Counted from the first letter of the whole stretch, positions 26,735 to 40,118 are shown. The stretch: DNA of 63,978 nt, filler included, from Octopus bimaculoides (GCF_001194135.2; 8 parts of 8 records of this genome joined end to end with filler, not necessarily neighbours in it); one strand, 5' to 3'. Made by a program: numbers and translations. The notes: generated by a model not told the origin, from the letters alone.

Positions 26735-26951
26735 TAAGAATGGCAGAATGGTTAGCACGCCGGGCCAAATGCTTAGCGGTATTTCGTCTGCCGTTACGTT
26801 CTGAGTTGAACGGTCGACTTCGCATTTTATCCTTTCGGGGTCAATTAAATAAGTACCAGTTATGCACTGGGGTTCAATGTTATTGACTTAATCCCTTTGT
26901 CCTTGTTTGTCCACTCTATGTTTAGCCCCCTTGTGGGCAATAAGGAAATAA
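26735..26951 (+). mobile_element. SINE family A, long-tail subfamily
   Basis: Family A head and core with tail AATCCCTTTGTCCTTGTTTGTCC...GCCCCTTGTGGGCAATAA. Confidence 0.9.
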
Positions 26952-27233
26952 ATATATGTAACAGCGCTAAGAAAATAAAAGGAAAAGATGATACACTTTG
27001 AATATCGGTAAGTTAGATCTTTCGGTCTGTATCTGTGGGATGACTGATGCTGGAAATGATGATGATGGTGGTGGGTGTTGTGGTGGTGGTGTCTCGACAC
27101 TGTTTATCCCAGTAGCACATTGGTGAGATGCTGTGTAATCATTAACATACATTCAAGGTGTAATATACACCTCCACAGGTGATTGTTTAAATGTCCTTCG
27201 TAAGATCCTCTCTTCATTTCACTCAGTGTAAAG

Positions 27234-27266
<33 letters not shown>

Positions 27267-27568
27267 NNNNNNNNNNNNNNNNNNNNNNNNNNNNNNNNNN
27301 NNNNNNNNNNNNNNNNNNNNNNNNNNNNNNNNNNNNNNNNNNNNNNNNNNNNNNNNNNNNNNNNNNNNNNNNNNNNNNNNNNNNAATTTATATATCAATT
27401 AGAAAATGGAGGATAATATGCTGAACCCAACGACTTGCAGACAGTGTATCCCGTTGAATTCATTAATTTGATTCATAACTAAAGTGACAAAAAAAAAAAG
27501 CACAAAGTACAGGTGTTTATGACAAACCATGTTATATTGATAAGGAATTATGGAATGAACACAAACTT

Positions 27569-27668
27569 AATCTTACAGCTGTTTCGGCCTAGTTTGGCAT
27601 GTCTCATTCTATCCGAATAGTTCCTGCCGTAGTAATTATCGGATGAAATGCTGAAATGGGGGTACATA
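27569..27668 (-). ncRNA. Partial hammerhead ribozyme (GAAA/helix III half) of a long-stem-II family
   Basis: Minus strand ...CTAGGCC GAAA CAGCTG T A AGATT; palindromic ACAGCTGT; the CUGANGA half is replaced by microsatellite. Confidence 0.55.
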
Positions 27669-27714
27669 TATGTATGTGTGTGTGTATATATATAAATATA
27701 TACATATACACATA

Positions 27715-27753
<39 letters not shown>

Positions 27754-28391
27754 ACCTAAAATAATTCCAGCGTCGATAAATAACCAATAGTATCGTATTT
27801 CAGTATTTCAAGGAATTTGCTTTCTGATACTCGGGGGCATTCAACGAAATATTGAAACATAGAACTGTAACATCGATATTGAAACACCGAATTAAATATT
27901 GAGCAATATATATATCTTTCCAATTTGCCGACCTAATGTTCATGTTTATCTACCTTTTCTGTAAATAAATAACGACAAACATTACTGTCTCGTCTCACAA
28001 AGCATCAGTTACGCAGGTATTCATCACCATATGTCAAGTATGTACAACATTCATGTTTGTGTTTAATGAACTCCTAAACACCCTACGTGAGAATTTGAAA
28101 CTTCAGGTTCTTTCGTTCAACAACAAAATACAACCCATGACATAGAATCGTTCCTACTTCTGAACAATAGCTTACACCAGCAGTTACATCCTTCACAAGA
28201 ACTCCACTTATATCTGACAAACTCTGATGGAGACCACACATACTTCACGTAGCTGGGACTGCATCACAAAGGTTGGGTTTCTTTTTTCATAGGGCGAGAT
28301 TATTTCATCCTTGAACAGCTGTTCTTTTTACACTGAAATACACTCTGCAGTAAAGTACGCCTCCCACTTCTGTAATATGTCAAAACTCTCA

Positions 28392-28427
<36 letters not shown>

Positions 28428-28805
28428 TGCACTCAAACATACCCTAAACCAACATTTATAAAATGTTATTCACATGACAGACAAGTATACACTTATCATT
28501 GTCAGGCCGTATCCTCCTTCTGTCATTTCAAACTATTACAATAGCATCTGCTCTTATGTAGTCGCTATCTTTATATCAGTCTATCACTAACACCTTATCT
28601 TACCCTCAATGACATTTCGTTCCTACTCTGTTTCTTAACTAAACATTGCCCTCAACCCTCCAGAACTACCTTTCTCTTTTAATATAACCCTGTCTATAAT
28701 AGTTTCTCTGCAACTACAATTTAACTAACATAACATCTTTTAATAACTTCCATCCCTCGTTTTAGGTACACATGAGAGGCTACGTCCATCATAACAGCCT
28801 CTCCT

Positions 28806-29033
28806 CGGAGAGCTGGCAGAAACGTTAGCACGCCGGGCGAAATGCTTAGCGGTATTTCGTCTGCTGTTACGTTCTGCGTTCAAATTCCGCCGAGGTCGAT
28901 TTGCCTTTCATCCTTTCGGGGTCGATAAATTAAGTACCAGTTACGCACTGGGGTTGATGTAATTGACTTAATTCCTTTGTGTGTCCTTGTTTGTCCCTTC
29001 TATGTTTATCCCCCTGTGGGCAATAAAGAAATA
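28806..29033 (+). mobile_element. SINE family A, long-tail subfamily, low divergence
   Basis: GAGCTGGCAGAAACGTTAGCACGCCGGGCGAAATGCTTAGCGG...GGGCAATAAAGAAATA. Confidence 0.9.
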
Positions 29034-29571
29034 ACAGTCCCTCCTCAGACTAACAAATATAAGTCATACTACAAAACATTTACGGATGAAATGTTGCTAA
29101 GCACTTTGCTCGGAGTGCTAACGATTCTGCCAGCTAAGCACAAGGCTTTAGTCGATAACATCTATCTCAGTACTTAACAGATACTTTATTTTATCGAACC
29201 CGAAAACATGGAAGCCAAAATTGACTTCAACGTAATAATAATTGCTTTTATTTATCACAGAGGTGTCGGTCGCAGAATGTTAAAAGTTTGGGCGAAGGTT
29301 TTAGAATAAATGGACCTTGGTGTTTAGTATACTACGTGAGGCAAGATACTGTTACGCTTACAACTTGAGTACAGGAATCGAGTTATTACTAGATATACAA
29401 CAATTGTTGATTGTAACCGCCGCCTTCACACCCAAATGAAGAACACTAACTGGCTGGTTATGATTAAAATCTACTCAGCATCACACAATCACAGTCACTG
29501 GCTAACGGATATCTTCTTTATTAATCCTAACCACCGTATCTCTTATCTTTTATTTTTTATAATGTTTCAGT

Positions 29572-29756
29572 CATTAGACTGCAACCATACGAGGACATCA
29601 CCTTGAAGTATTTTGGTTGAACGAATCGACCCAAGTTCTTTTCCTAAAGCCTGGCATGGTACTTATTTTTATCTACCTCTTTTGCCGAACTACTAAGTTA
29701 CTAGGACATGCCAACACCGGTGTCAAGGAGAAGTGGTGGGGGGATACAAAAATAAA

Positions 29757-29795
<39 letters not shown>

Positions 29796-30092
29796 ACATA
29801 CACACAAACACACACACACATTTACAAATTTGTAAACAAACCAATAGACTGTAAATTAAGGAGAAGAGCGACACACATAAATGGAGGATATGTTATTATA
29901 TAAATAATATATAATTATAGTTTCATACATATATACACAACGGGTTTCTTTCAGTTTCTGTCTAGCAAATCCACTCGCAAGGCTTATGTCGGCCCGAGGT
30001 TACAGTAAAAAACACTGCCCAAGGTGTCACGCAGAAGGACTGAACATGAAATCACGTGGATGGGAAGCAAACTTCTTATCCCAGAGATATGC
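29572..30092 (-). mobile_element. SINE family B with expanded internal microsatellite
   Basis: Head/body at 29940-30092, tail at 29572-29760, (CA)n between. Confidence 0.7.
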
Positions 30093-30419
30093 CGGTTTTT
30101 CTCACTTCCAAACCTATGTACAGTAGCAGCAACAGTTATCTGCTACTCTAATTAAGGATCGAACTTGCCTTCCAGTTTTTAACGAAAAGATAATGCCTAA
30201 CCATTAACTTCTCCATTTCACTCGGAACTATCACTGCAAACCATACCTCAAGCACCACCACTAGTACCATCAGCATCGCCACCAATACCAGCTTTACCAC
30301 TATCTCGACCAATTCCGTCAGTATGACTACCACGACGATTACCGCTACTACCAGAAGACCGTCTCTACCACAGAAGCCAAAAACCACAAGAAGAACCAGC
30401 ACCATCAACCCTACCACCA

Positions 30420-31049
30420 CAAACTAGCATCACTACTACTACTACTACTACTACTACAAGCATCACTACCTAAACCACCATTAGTGTCATTACCACCAGC
30501 ATCACCACCACCATCACTACTACCACCACCACCACCACCACCACCACCACCATCACCACTACCACCACCACCACCACCACCATACTACAAGCATCAGCAT
30601 TACCGCCAGTATCATTATCATCACCATCGTCACCATGATCGCCATCATCATCATGATCGCCATCACCACCACAATCGTTACTCTAAACACCATCACCATG
30701 TTACCCCCTACACCATCACGACCACATTACCAACTTTGCCGCCAGCATCATCTCAATAACTAGTATCACAATCATCGCCATCATCATCATCATCACCACT
30801 AGTGTCATCACCACTAGTATCATCACCATTACCTCTAGTGGCATTCCGACCCTCCGCAATACCACTGTCATACTACCACCACATCAACCGCCACCACCAC
30901 AATCACTGTCTCCACTATCAGCATCACCAAAATCACTCCCCACACACCAACACCACCCCAAGCACTACCACCACCACAAGCACCACCACCACCACCACAA
31001 GCACCACCACAAGCACCACCACCACAAGCACCACCACCACCACCACCAC
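30420..31049. repeat. (CAC/CAT/TAC)n low-complexity tract
   Basis: Read directly from the sequence. Confidence 0.85.
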
Positions 31050-31149
31050 NNNNNNNNNNNNNNNNNNNNNNNNNNNNNNNNNNNNNNNNNNNNTTAATTA
31101 ATTAANNNNNNNNNNNNNNNNNNNNNNNNNNNNNNNNNNNNNNNNNNNN
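31050..31149. other. Assembly join spacer
   Basis: 44N-TTAATTAATTAA-44N. Confidence 0.95.
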
Positions 31150-31209
<60 letters not shown>

Positions 31210-31654
31210 CGTGTGCAAATTTACTCCATTTTACCTACTTCACTCCTTAATTTGGGATTCTTACTCACATACACAGCAGCCCCAGTTGCTAACCGTGTAC
31301 TATAAAATAACTTTCTTCGGCTTATCGAACTACGACATGTGAAAACTTTACAATCTTCTACGTCAATAAACCACTATTGTTCCTGAAAGTTATTCTTTTA
31401 TACCTTCTACTGACTGCTCCAAGCTTATTATCTTCTCAGAACTGGATCCTTGGATCTTACCTCTATATATAATTATTCCATATAAAAATAGGGCAAGCTC
31501 CAAACACATGTCAGAAGCAAGACTGCTGCGACATAAGCCACGTCTCTCTATTTGAACATTTTGGAAATCAGTGCAAACTGTGAAACCATTAACTTTAAAT
31601 ATATTGATGAAAAATATTTTAATTACTCTCAGTGCATTTTCAACTTCTATTTTT

Positions 31655-31693
<39 letters not shown>

Positions 31694-31954
31694 GGTTGTT
31701 TATATAAAAACAATTTTACGGTATTAATCTGTGGTTTACTCTACACGTTAGTAGAATACAAATTTAGTATTCTTAAACAAGGATATTATTGACAGAGACT
31801 TCGAAGTTACGACCAGTTATGCCATCGTCGAACTACAGTCTGATGTCAATAATATACTCTCACTGTCAATAATATTCTTATTTAAGGATAATAAATTTAT
31901 ATACACACACGCGCACATACACACACACATACACATAGATATGTACATATTTAT

Positions 31955-31996
<42 letters not shown>

Positions 31997-32039
31997 ACAG
32001 GTATGTTGGTGTAAACAGGAAAAGATAGAACTGAATATA

Positions 32040-33186
32040 TACAGGGTGCGATGGGTACACTGTCACGATTTCATATTTTTAATTTCGCGTATGCATATTG
32101 TTTACTTTTGATTTTGTCGAAAACAGTATAGTAGGGTCAGTTGGGCAACGTCTGTGAGAAAAAGACCACCATGACACTCACCCAGGAATTTGGAAACGAT
32201 ATGCTGTACTGCTTGGCATTCGCGCCGGAAGCTCCAATAGAAACATTTCAGAATGTTTGGTGTGAATCTGAGGACAATGTAGAAGATTCAGAAAGAGTAG
32301 GATGAGTCTAATGGTGATTACGAAGGTACGGCAGCTCTGAAAACTCACTTGATCGTTCTGATAAGAAAAGAACTCCTGAATTTGGTGGTGAGATCCAGGT
32401 CATGATTGACAACGATCCCTCCAAGTCAATCAGGTCCATTGCCAGGGACATGGGGAATGTGTGAGATTTTTATCAGGCAGGTAGTGCATGAAGACATTCG
32501 GTATTTTTCGTATAAGATGAGAAAGGGCCAGTTTTATCTCAAGCCATCGAAGACAAAAGGAAAGACTGCGCTACGAACCTTTTGAACACAACCAAACATC
32601 ACCTCCGACCGAACATGCTTTGGTTTTTCTCAAACGAGAAAAAATTTCTGCCAGGATCAGGTGGTGAAGACACAGAAGAACCGTTGGCTTGCCATGTCTC
32701 TAAAACATCTACCAGGAGTGATAAAAATCAAACATCCAGTCAACTTCATGGTGTTTGGAATGATCACTAGTAATGGCGACGTTATGCCTTTATTCATCTT
32801 CCCATACGACCTCAGAGTCAAGACGGAGGTCTACATCAAGTGCCTGGAGGAGGTAGTACTGCCCTGGGTCAAGAGAGTGGCTTCTGGAAGACCCTACGTC
32901 TGACAACAGGACTCTGCACCATGTCACACAAGCAGGAGAACCAAGTCATGGCTGTCAGACAATTTCTGCCGCCCCATCACACCTAACATCTGGCCACCTA
33001 ACTCCCCAGACTGCAACCCCCTTGATTATCATGCGAGGAGCGCAGTAGAGCGAGAGACCAACAAAACTTCTTGTAACACCAAAGATGAACTGAAGGCAAA
33101 TATTATGGCAGCATTCACCAACTTAAACAACGTGACCGTCCAGAAGAGTTGCAGGAGATTCCGAAGTCGTCTGGAGACGGTGGTTG
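32040..33186 (+). mobile_element. Tc1/mariner DD37D (maT-type) transposon, degenerate, right end lost in a gap
   Basis: TA + CAGGGTG left end. Catalytic motifs WFFSNEKKF (first D eroded), MVFGMITSNG, YV*QQDSAPCH and WPPNSPDCNPLDY, with 37 residues between the second and third D. Frameshifts and a TGA replacing W. Confidence 0.85.
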
Positions 33187-33736
33187 NNNNNNNNNNNNNN
33201 NNNNNNNNNNNNNNNNNNNNNNNNNNNNNNNNNNNNNNNNNNNNNNNNNNNNNNNNNNNNNNNNNNNNNNNNNNNNNNNNNNNNNNNNNNNNNNNNNNNN
33301 NNNNNNNNNNNNNNNNNNNNNNNNNNNNNNNNNNNNNNNNNNNNNNNNNNNNNNNNNNNNNNNNNNNNNNNNNNNNNNNNNNNNNNNNNNNNNNNNNNNN
33401 NNNNNNNNNNNNNNNNNNNNNNNNNNNNNNNNNNNNNNNNNNNNNNNNNNNNNNNNNNNNNNNNNNNNNNNNNNNNNNNNNNNNNNNNNNNNNNNNNNNN
33501 NNNNNNNNNNNNNNNNNNNNNNNNNNNNNNNNNNNNNNNNNNNNNNNNNNNNNNNNNNNNNNNNNNNNNNNNNNNNNNNNNNNNNCAGTCTAGTCGAAGC
33601 AAGAAAAACATTTACAGTGCAACAAATAGAAATGTTATCCCGGATGAGGAAATTGTTAGTAGTTGTTTCATCACAAATGTAGATCTTCGGAATAGCTGCA
33701 TTTAGTGTATTAGATATAACACACATACAGCCACAC

Positions 33737-33767
<31 letters not shown>

Positions 33768-34047
33768 AATGTATGTATGTATGTATGTATGCATGTACGT
33801 ATGTATCTATGTATTTATGGTTGTACAAATATAGTGTATTTCGGGGTGGTCATTTTTTTTTTCTTTTGCCGAATAAACATACGCACTATATATTCATCCT
33901 TCACTCGTTTATTACTGCTCTTATTTTTATCTTATGTCCATTGTCCGGATATCCTTCGTCACACATCTGTGACCGCTTCAGTGATCTTTTCCGTCCACAT
34001 GTATTCTCCCGCTCCGCTTAGTCCATGTTGGCAGTAGCATGTTTCTT

Positions 34048-34274
34048 GTTTCTTTATTGCCCACAAGGGGCTAAACATAGAGGAGACAAACAAGGACAGA
34101 CAAAGGGATTAAGTCGATCACATCGACCCCAGTGTGTAACTGGTACTTAATTTATCGACCCCGAAAGGATGAAAGGCAAAGTCGACCTCGGTGGAATTTG
34201 AACTCAGAACTTAACGGCAGACGAAATACCGTTAAGCATTTCGCCCGGCGTGCTAACGTTTCTGCCAGCTCACC
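34048..34274 (-). mobile_element. SINE family A, long-tail subfamily, with 22-bp target-site duplication
   Basis: Flanks TGTTGGCAGTAGCATGTTTCTT (34026-34047) and TGTTTGCAGTAACATGTTTCTT (34275-34296). Confidence 0.9.
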
Positions 34275-34417
34275 TGTTTGCAGTAACATGTTTCTTATTC
34301 GCATTTCCACTTGAATTTTACGAAAAATTTAAAAAATGTACTTATATCCTTTGCCCAAGAAAATATTTATTATATAACGATAAAGTTTCCGCTTTTAGTA
34401 TTCTCAGAAGTGGATAC

Positions 34418-34530
34418 TGTGTGGTATGAAGCTTGCTACCTTATCAAATAGTCCTGGGTTCAGTCCCGCCGGGCAAACCAAAGCTTTGTGAGTGGATATG
34501 GTAAACAGAAACTTAAAGATGCTCATCGTA
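34418..34530 (+). mobile_element. SINE family B, 5' part
   Basis: CTGTGTGGTATGAAGCTTGCT...GGGTTCAGTCCC...ACCAAAGCTTTGTGAGTGGAT. Confidence 0.7.
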
Positions 34531-34554
34531 TATATATATCTTTGCGTGTGTGTG

Positions 34555-34599
<45 letters not shown>

Positions 34600-35062
34600 A
34601 TGTATTTAAATAGTTTTTGCCAGCTGAGTAGAATGGAACAAAGTAGAATAAAATTTCTTGCTCAAGGATAGAGTTCAACGCCAGGAATCGAACTCACTAC
34701 CTTCTGATCGTGAGTCTTAAACACAAAGCCAAGCGTCTTCAGTAAACGCACACACACAAACACACACTTGCACATACGCACGCACACGCACACACACATA
34801 TATTTACATATATATACATACATTCTATGTATTGTTATAAAATGAAGTTACATTTTCACCAAAAACACCAATCGTACAGGCTTCATTATCATTCTCTTTA
34901 TACGATGTATAGGCTTTTTAACAATACAGTGACATTGTTTGGTGTCAATGGACACTTAACTGACGTTCGGTGACTGTAAAACAAGCAGCCTGTGATTTTT
35001 TAGATCTTTGTGTCACTACAGACAAGCACACACTTATTCGCAAGCATATAGTATCACACTAA

Positions 35063-35097
<35 letters not shown>

Positions 35098-35109
35098 CAT
35101 GCACGTTCT

Positions 35110-35415
35110 GGCTCGCCGTCGATTACGACGACGAGTGTTGCAGTTGATTCTGATCAACTAAATAGTCTTATTGTGAAATTAACGTGCAAATGGCTGAGTA
35201 CTTCACGCGTATCCATAACGTAGTTAAGGGACATTCAGTGTGACACAAGATTATGACAAGGTCAGCCTTTTGAATTGAAGATGCAACTCATTTTTGCCAG
35301 CTGATTGGACTGGAGCAAACAAGAAATACAGCGTCTTGCTCAAGGAAACACTGCGTTCAAGACTTTAAAATTGTAAGCTGAATACCCGAAACCCTAAATC
35401 ATTCGCCATGCGACT
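35110..35415 (-). mobile_element. SINE family D-like, diverged
   Basis: GTGAAATTAACGTGCAAATGGCTGAGTACT...ACGTAGTT...TGACAAGG. Confidence 0.6.
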
Positions 35416-35483
35416 TCACTGTGTGTACCTATGTATATATATCTGTATGCACGCATATATATGTATATATATATAAGTGTGTG

Positions 35484-35545
<62 letters not shown>

Positions 35546-35999
35546 NNNNNNNNNNNNNNNNNNNNNNNNNNNNNNNNNNNNNNNNNNNNNNNNNNNNNNN
35601 NNNNNNNNNNNNNNNNNNNNNNNNNNNNNNNNNNNNNNNNNNNNNNNNNNNNNNNNNNNNNNNNNNNNNNNNNNNNNNNNNNNNNNNNNNNNNNNNNNNN
35701 NNNNNNNNNNNNNNNNNNNNNNNNNNNNNNNNNNNNNNNNNNNNNNNNNNNNNNNNNNNNNNNNNNNNNNNNNNNNNNNNNNNNNNNNNNNNNNNNNNNN
35801 NNNNNNNNNNNNNNNNNNNNNNNNNNNNNNNNNNNNNNNNNNNNNNNNNNNNNNNNNNNNNNNNNNNNNNNNNNNNNNNNNNNNNNNNNNNNNNNNNNNN
35901 NNNNNNNNNNNNNNNNNNNNNNNNNNNNNNNNNNNNNNNNNNNATATATGGAAGAAAAAAAATAAGGTAGAAAATGCTAAAATACTTTTATAGAAAACA

Positions 36000-36041
36000 T
36001 TTCAGTACCGGTTTCGATCCTTGAGATCTTTTCAACTGTAA
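36000..36041 (-). ncRNA. Degenerate minimal hammerhead ribozyme
   Basis: CAG TTGAAAA GATC-TCAAG-GATC GAAA CCGG T A CTG; all helices present, two core substitutions. Confidence 0.55.
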
Positions 36042-36910
36042 ATATGGATAACAAATTTTGGAAAAATTAAATTTTGGCAAATTTAAATGAAAAGTCTTTC
36101 TAAAAACATATTTGTATAGTATTCAAATACTGGGGGCATTTTCCTTGTTTCTGTCTGTTTCTGTTTCTCTTGTTAACTTGTGGGTTCGAGGTCGTTGTGA
36201 ATTCTTGGCTAGTGTGTCGGTACGTGTATATTTATACACATATACCAAATACACACACAAACATATATATGTACATATATTTATGTATACATGAACATAT
36301 ATGAATACACATATACATATTTATTTATGTGTTAGCATATACATTTATATAAACTTATATATATTGTATATATATATATATACTTATATACATATATGTA
36401 TATATATATCCATATATGTGTGTATATACATATATGTATGAAAAGGCATACGTTAAAGCTGATGTCGATGCTTTTTTTCTGTCGATTTCGATGTGAAGAG
36501 TGCACTAGTCGCATTCATGTATTCGAACCAAAAACTGAATTATCGCGCGATAACGGTATTAAGGATAATTTACTCCGAGGGTAAATTTTACGGTATTAAG
36601 GTTAATACCGTTTTCCTTAGACAAAATAACTGTAAAACAGAATGGTAAGGCAACACGTTTCAATTGCTAGAACCTTACATCTGACGGTGCTTCTTCACAA
36701 TTTCTATGAAAGTAATTACAATGGAAATGTTGAACCATCCCAGTAAACCTACAAACACGAGATGACTGCCTCCGCAATCAAAGGCGGTACTTCGTGATAT
36801 GCTTCGTACTTCATACATGCATACATAGATACACAATGTCATATGTATGTATATGTGTGTGTGTGTGTGAGTGCGTGTGCATATGTGAATGTGTATGTAT
36901 GTGTATATGA

Positions 36911-36948
<38 letters not shown>

Positions 36949-37603
36949 NNNNNNNNNNNNNNNNNNNNNNNNNNNNNNNNNNNNNNNNNNNNNNNNNNNN
37001 NNNNNNNNNNNNNNNNNNNNNNNNNNNNNNNNNNNNNNNNNNNNNNNNNNNNNNNNNNNNNNNNNNNNNNNNNNNNNNNNNNNNNNNNNNNNNNNNNNNN
37101 NNNNNNNNNNNNNNNNNNNNNNNNNNNNNNNNNNNNNNNNNNNNNNNNNNNNNNNNNNNNNNNNNNNNNNNNNNNNNNNNNNNNNNNNNNNNNNNNNNNN
37201 NNNNNNNNNNNNNNNNNNNNNNNNNNNNNNNNNNNNNNNNNNNNNNNNNNNNNNNNNNNNNNNNNNNNNNNNNNNNNNNNNNNNNNNNNNNNNNNNNNNN
37301 NNNNNNNNNNNNNNNNNNNNNNNNNNNNNNNNNNNNNNNNNNNNNNNNNNNNNNNNNNNNNNNNNNNNNNNNNNNNNNNNNNNNNNNNNNNNNNNNNNNN
37401 NNNNNNNNNNNNNNNNNNNNNNNNNNNNNNNNNNNNNNNNNNNNNNNNNNNNNNNNNNNNNNNNNNNNNNNNNNNNNNNNNNNNNNNNNNNNNNNNNNNN
37501 NNNNNNNNNNNNNNNNNNNNNNNNNNNNNNNNNNNNNNNNNNNNNNNNNNNNNNNNNNNNNNNNNNNNNNNNNNNNNNNNNNNNNNNNNNNNNNNNNNNN
37601 NNN

Positions 37604-37677
<74 letters not shown>

Positions 37678-38392
37678 TGTGTACATATATTTATTGATAT
37701 ATTGATACATAGATATATAGATTCAGATATATCTCAAAAGATGTGTGTGAGTTTGAGAGAGAGTGGGACACACACACACACACAGAAACAGACAGAAAGA
37801 TTAATAGCCAGCCAGGTAGGTAGATAGAGAGATAGAGAGAAAGATAGATACATACATACATACATACATACATACATACATACATACATACATACATGCA
37901 TACATACATACATACATACATACATACATACATACATACATGTTTGTATGTACTTATGTACATAAGCATCAACATTTCATAATACAGGTGTCTTTAGCCA
38001 TGGAGCTAAAATGTCACCCAATGAAGAAATTACGCAACGCGTTGGACGTCAAGTTTATTATTTCATAATTTATTACATTTCAAACGTTATGTGCCTCTTA
38101 CAATATGTTTCATTTTGAGACAAGCGCAGCGGTGTCTAGATTCATTAACGTTTAAAGAATAATTATTATATTTTATATAAATTTATTTAACATTTTCATC
38201 ATTCTAGAGTCTGACATTGAATTTCCCCATGAAAGTTCTCGCAATATTTAAAATATGTGCTGATGTATATTTTCAAAGATACACATGTATGCATGTATGT
38301 ATGTATGTATGTATGTACGTATGTATGTATGTATGCATTTATGCTGACGTCTATATAAATATCGATACATAGATTCATACATAATGTATGTG

Positions 38393-38449
<57 letters not shown>

Positions 38450-39125
38450 GTATGTATATATATGTATATGTATATACTTGAATATATATCTATACATATA
38501 TAAACACAAATGTATGCATATATATGTATATATNNNNNNNNNNNNNNNNNNNNNNNNNNNNNNNNNNNNNNNNNNNNNNNNNNNNNNNNNNNNNNNNNNN
38601 NNNNNNNNNNNNNNNNNNNNNNNNNNNNNNNNNNNNNNNNNNNNNNNNNNNNNNNNNNNNNNNNNNNNNNNNNNNNNNNNNNNNNNNNNNNNNNNNNNNN
38701 NNNNNNNNNNNNNNNNNNNNNNNNNNNNNNNNNNNNNNNNNNNNNNNNNNNNNNNNNNNNNNNNNNNNNNNNNNNNNNNNNNNNNNNNNNNNNNNNNNNN
38801 NNNNNNNNNNNNNNNNNNNNNNNNNNNNNNNNNNNNNNNNNNNNNNNNNNNNNNNNNNNNNNNNNNNNNNNNNNNNNNNNNNNNNNNNNNNNNNNNNNNN
38901 NNNNNNNNNNNNNNNNNNNNNNNNNNNNNNNNNNNNNNNNNNNNNNATATATACATATATATATATATATACATATATATATATGTGTGTGTGTCTCTGT
39001 GTGTGCATGTATACATATATATTATTAATTTATTCTTTTAGGTTTCACCTGTATATATATATTACTCTTTTACTCTGTTACGTGTTTCAGTCTTTTGACT
39101 GTGGCCATGCTGGAGCACCGCCTTT

Positions 39126-39170
<45 letters not shown>

Positions 39171-39231
39171 ACATTTAGATAGACAGATAGACACACCGAC
39201 AGACAGACGGACAGATAGATCGCTCGATCGG

Positions 39232-39285
<54 letters not shown>

Positions 39286-39701
39286 TGCACACATACAGAC
39301 ACACAAACATCCGCATAAACACACAAATAGATATATACATATGTACGCATATTTAATTTTTCATGCCGTCCTATAGGCATGAAGCATAAAGCAGATATCA
39401 ATGCACAACTCCCAATCACATATAAGCTTAATAGGATGTAATACTGATGATGTATTTAATAGAAAATTCTAGAATGTTATAACGCTTATTATAATGTAAA
39501 TAGTATAGGTTTTATTATTGCTAGTTTCTATAATAATAACAATTCTTTCTAGAATAGGCAGAAGGCCTGAAATTGTAGGAGTCATAAGAAAAATATAACG
39601 GTATTGTCCTGAAGAAAAAATTCAGCGAAACACATTGGCGCGGTTCTTAGCAAAGTTGTTTTATAGTGCGTCCACGTGTAAGGGTGTGTGTATGTGATAT
39701 T

Positions 39702-39733
<32 letters not shown>

Positions 39734-39954
39734 ACACAACACACACACACACACACACATACACACATATACACATCGACATGTGTGTGTGTGTATATAT
39801 ATATATGTGAATACATATATATGTATATATATAAATATATACAATATATGTGTGTATATATGCATGTGTGTGTGTAAGTGCTATATAGCTAAATAGACAG
39901 ACAGATATGCAGGTAGGTAGATCGATATAATGTACATGCATACATGTATGTATG

Positions 39955-40005
<51 letters not shown>

Positions 40006-40018
40006 TTATATACATATA

Positions 40019-40118
40019 NNNNNNNNNNNNNNNNNNNNNNNNNNNNNNNNNNNNNNNNNNNNTTAATTAATTAANNNNNNNNNNNNNNNNNNNNNNNNNN
40101 NNNNNNNNNNNNNNNNNN
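40019..40118. other. Assembly join spacer
   Basis: 44N-TTAATTAATTAA-44N. Confidence 0.95.

Noticed and set aside
30190-30426. Thr/Ser-rich, mucin-like open frame of about 78 codons
   Set aside because: It grades into the adjacent (CAC/CAT)n tract, has a stop just upstream and no supported splice context.
39605-39650. CTGAAGA...GAAAC on the plus strand
   Set aside because: No stem II, helix III or helix I.
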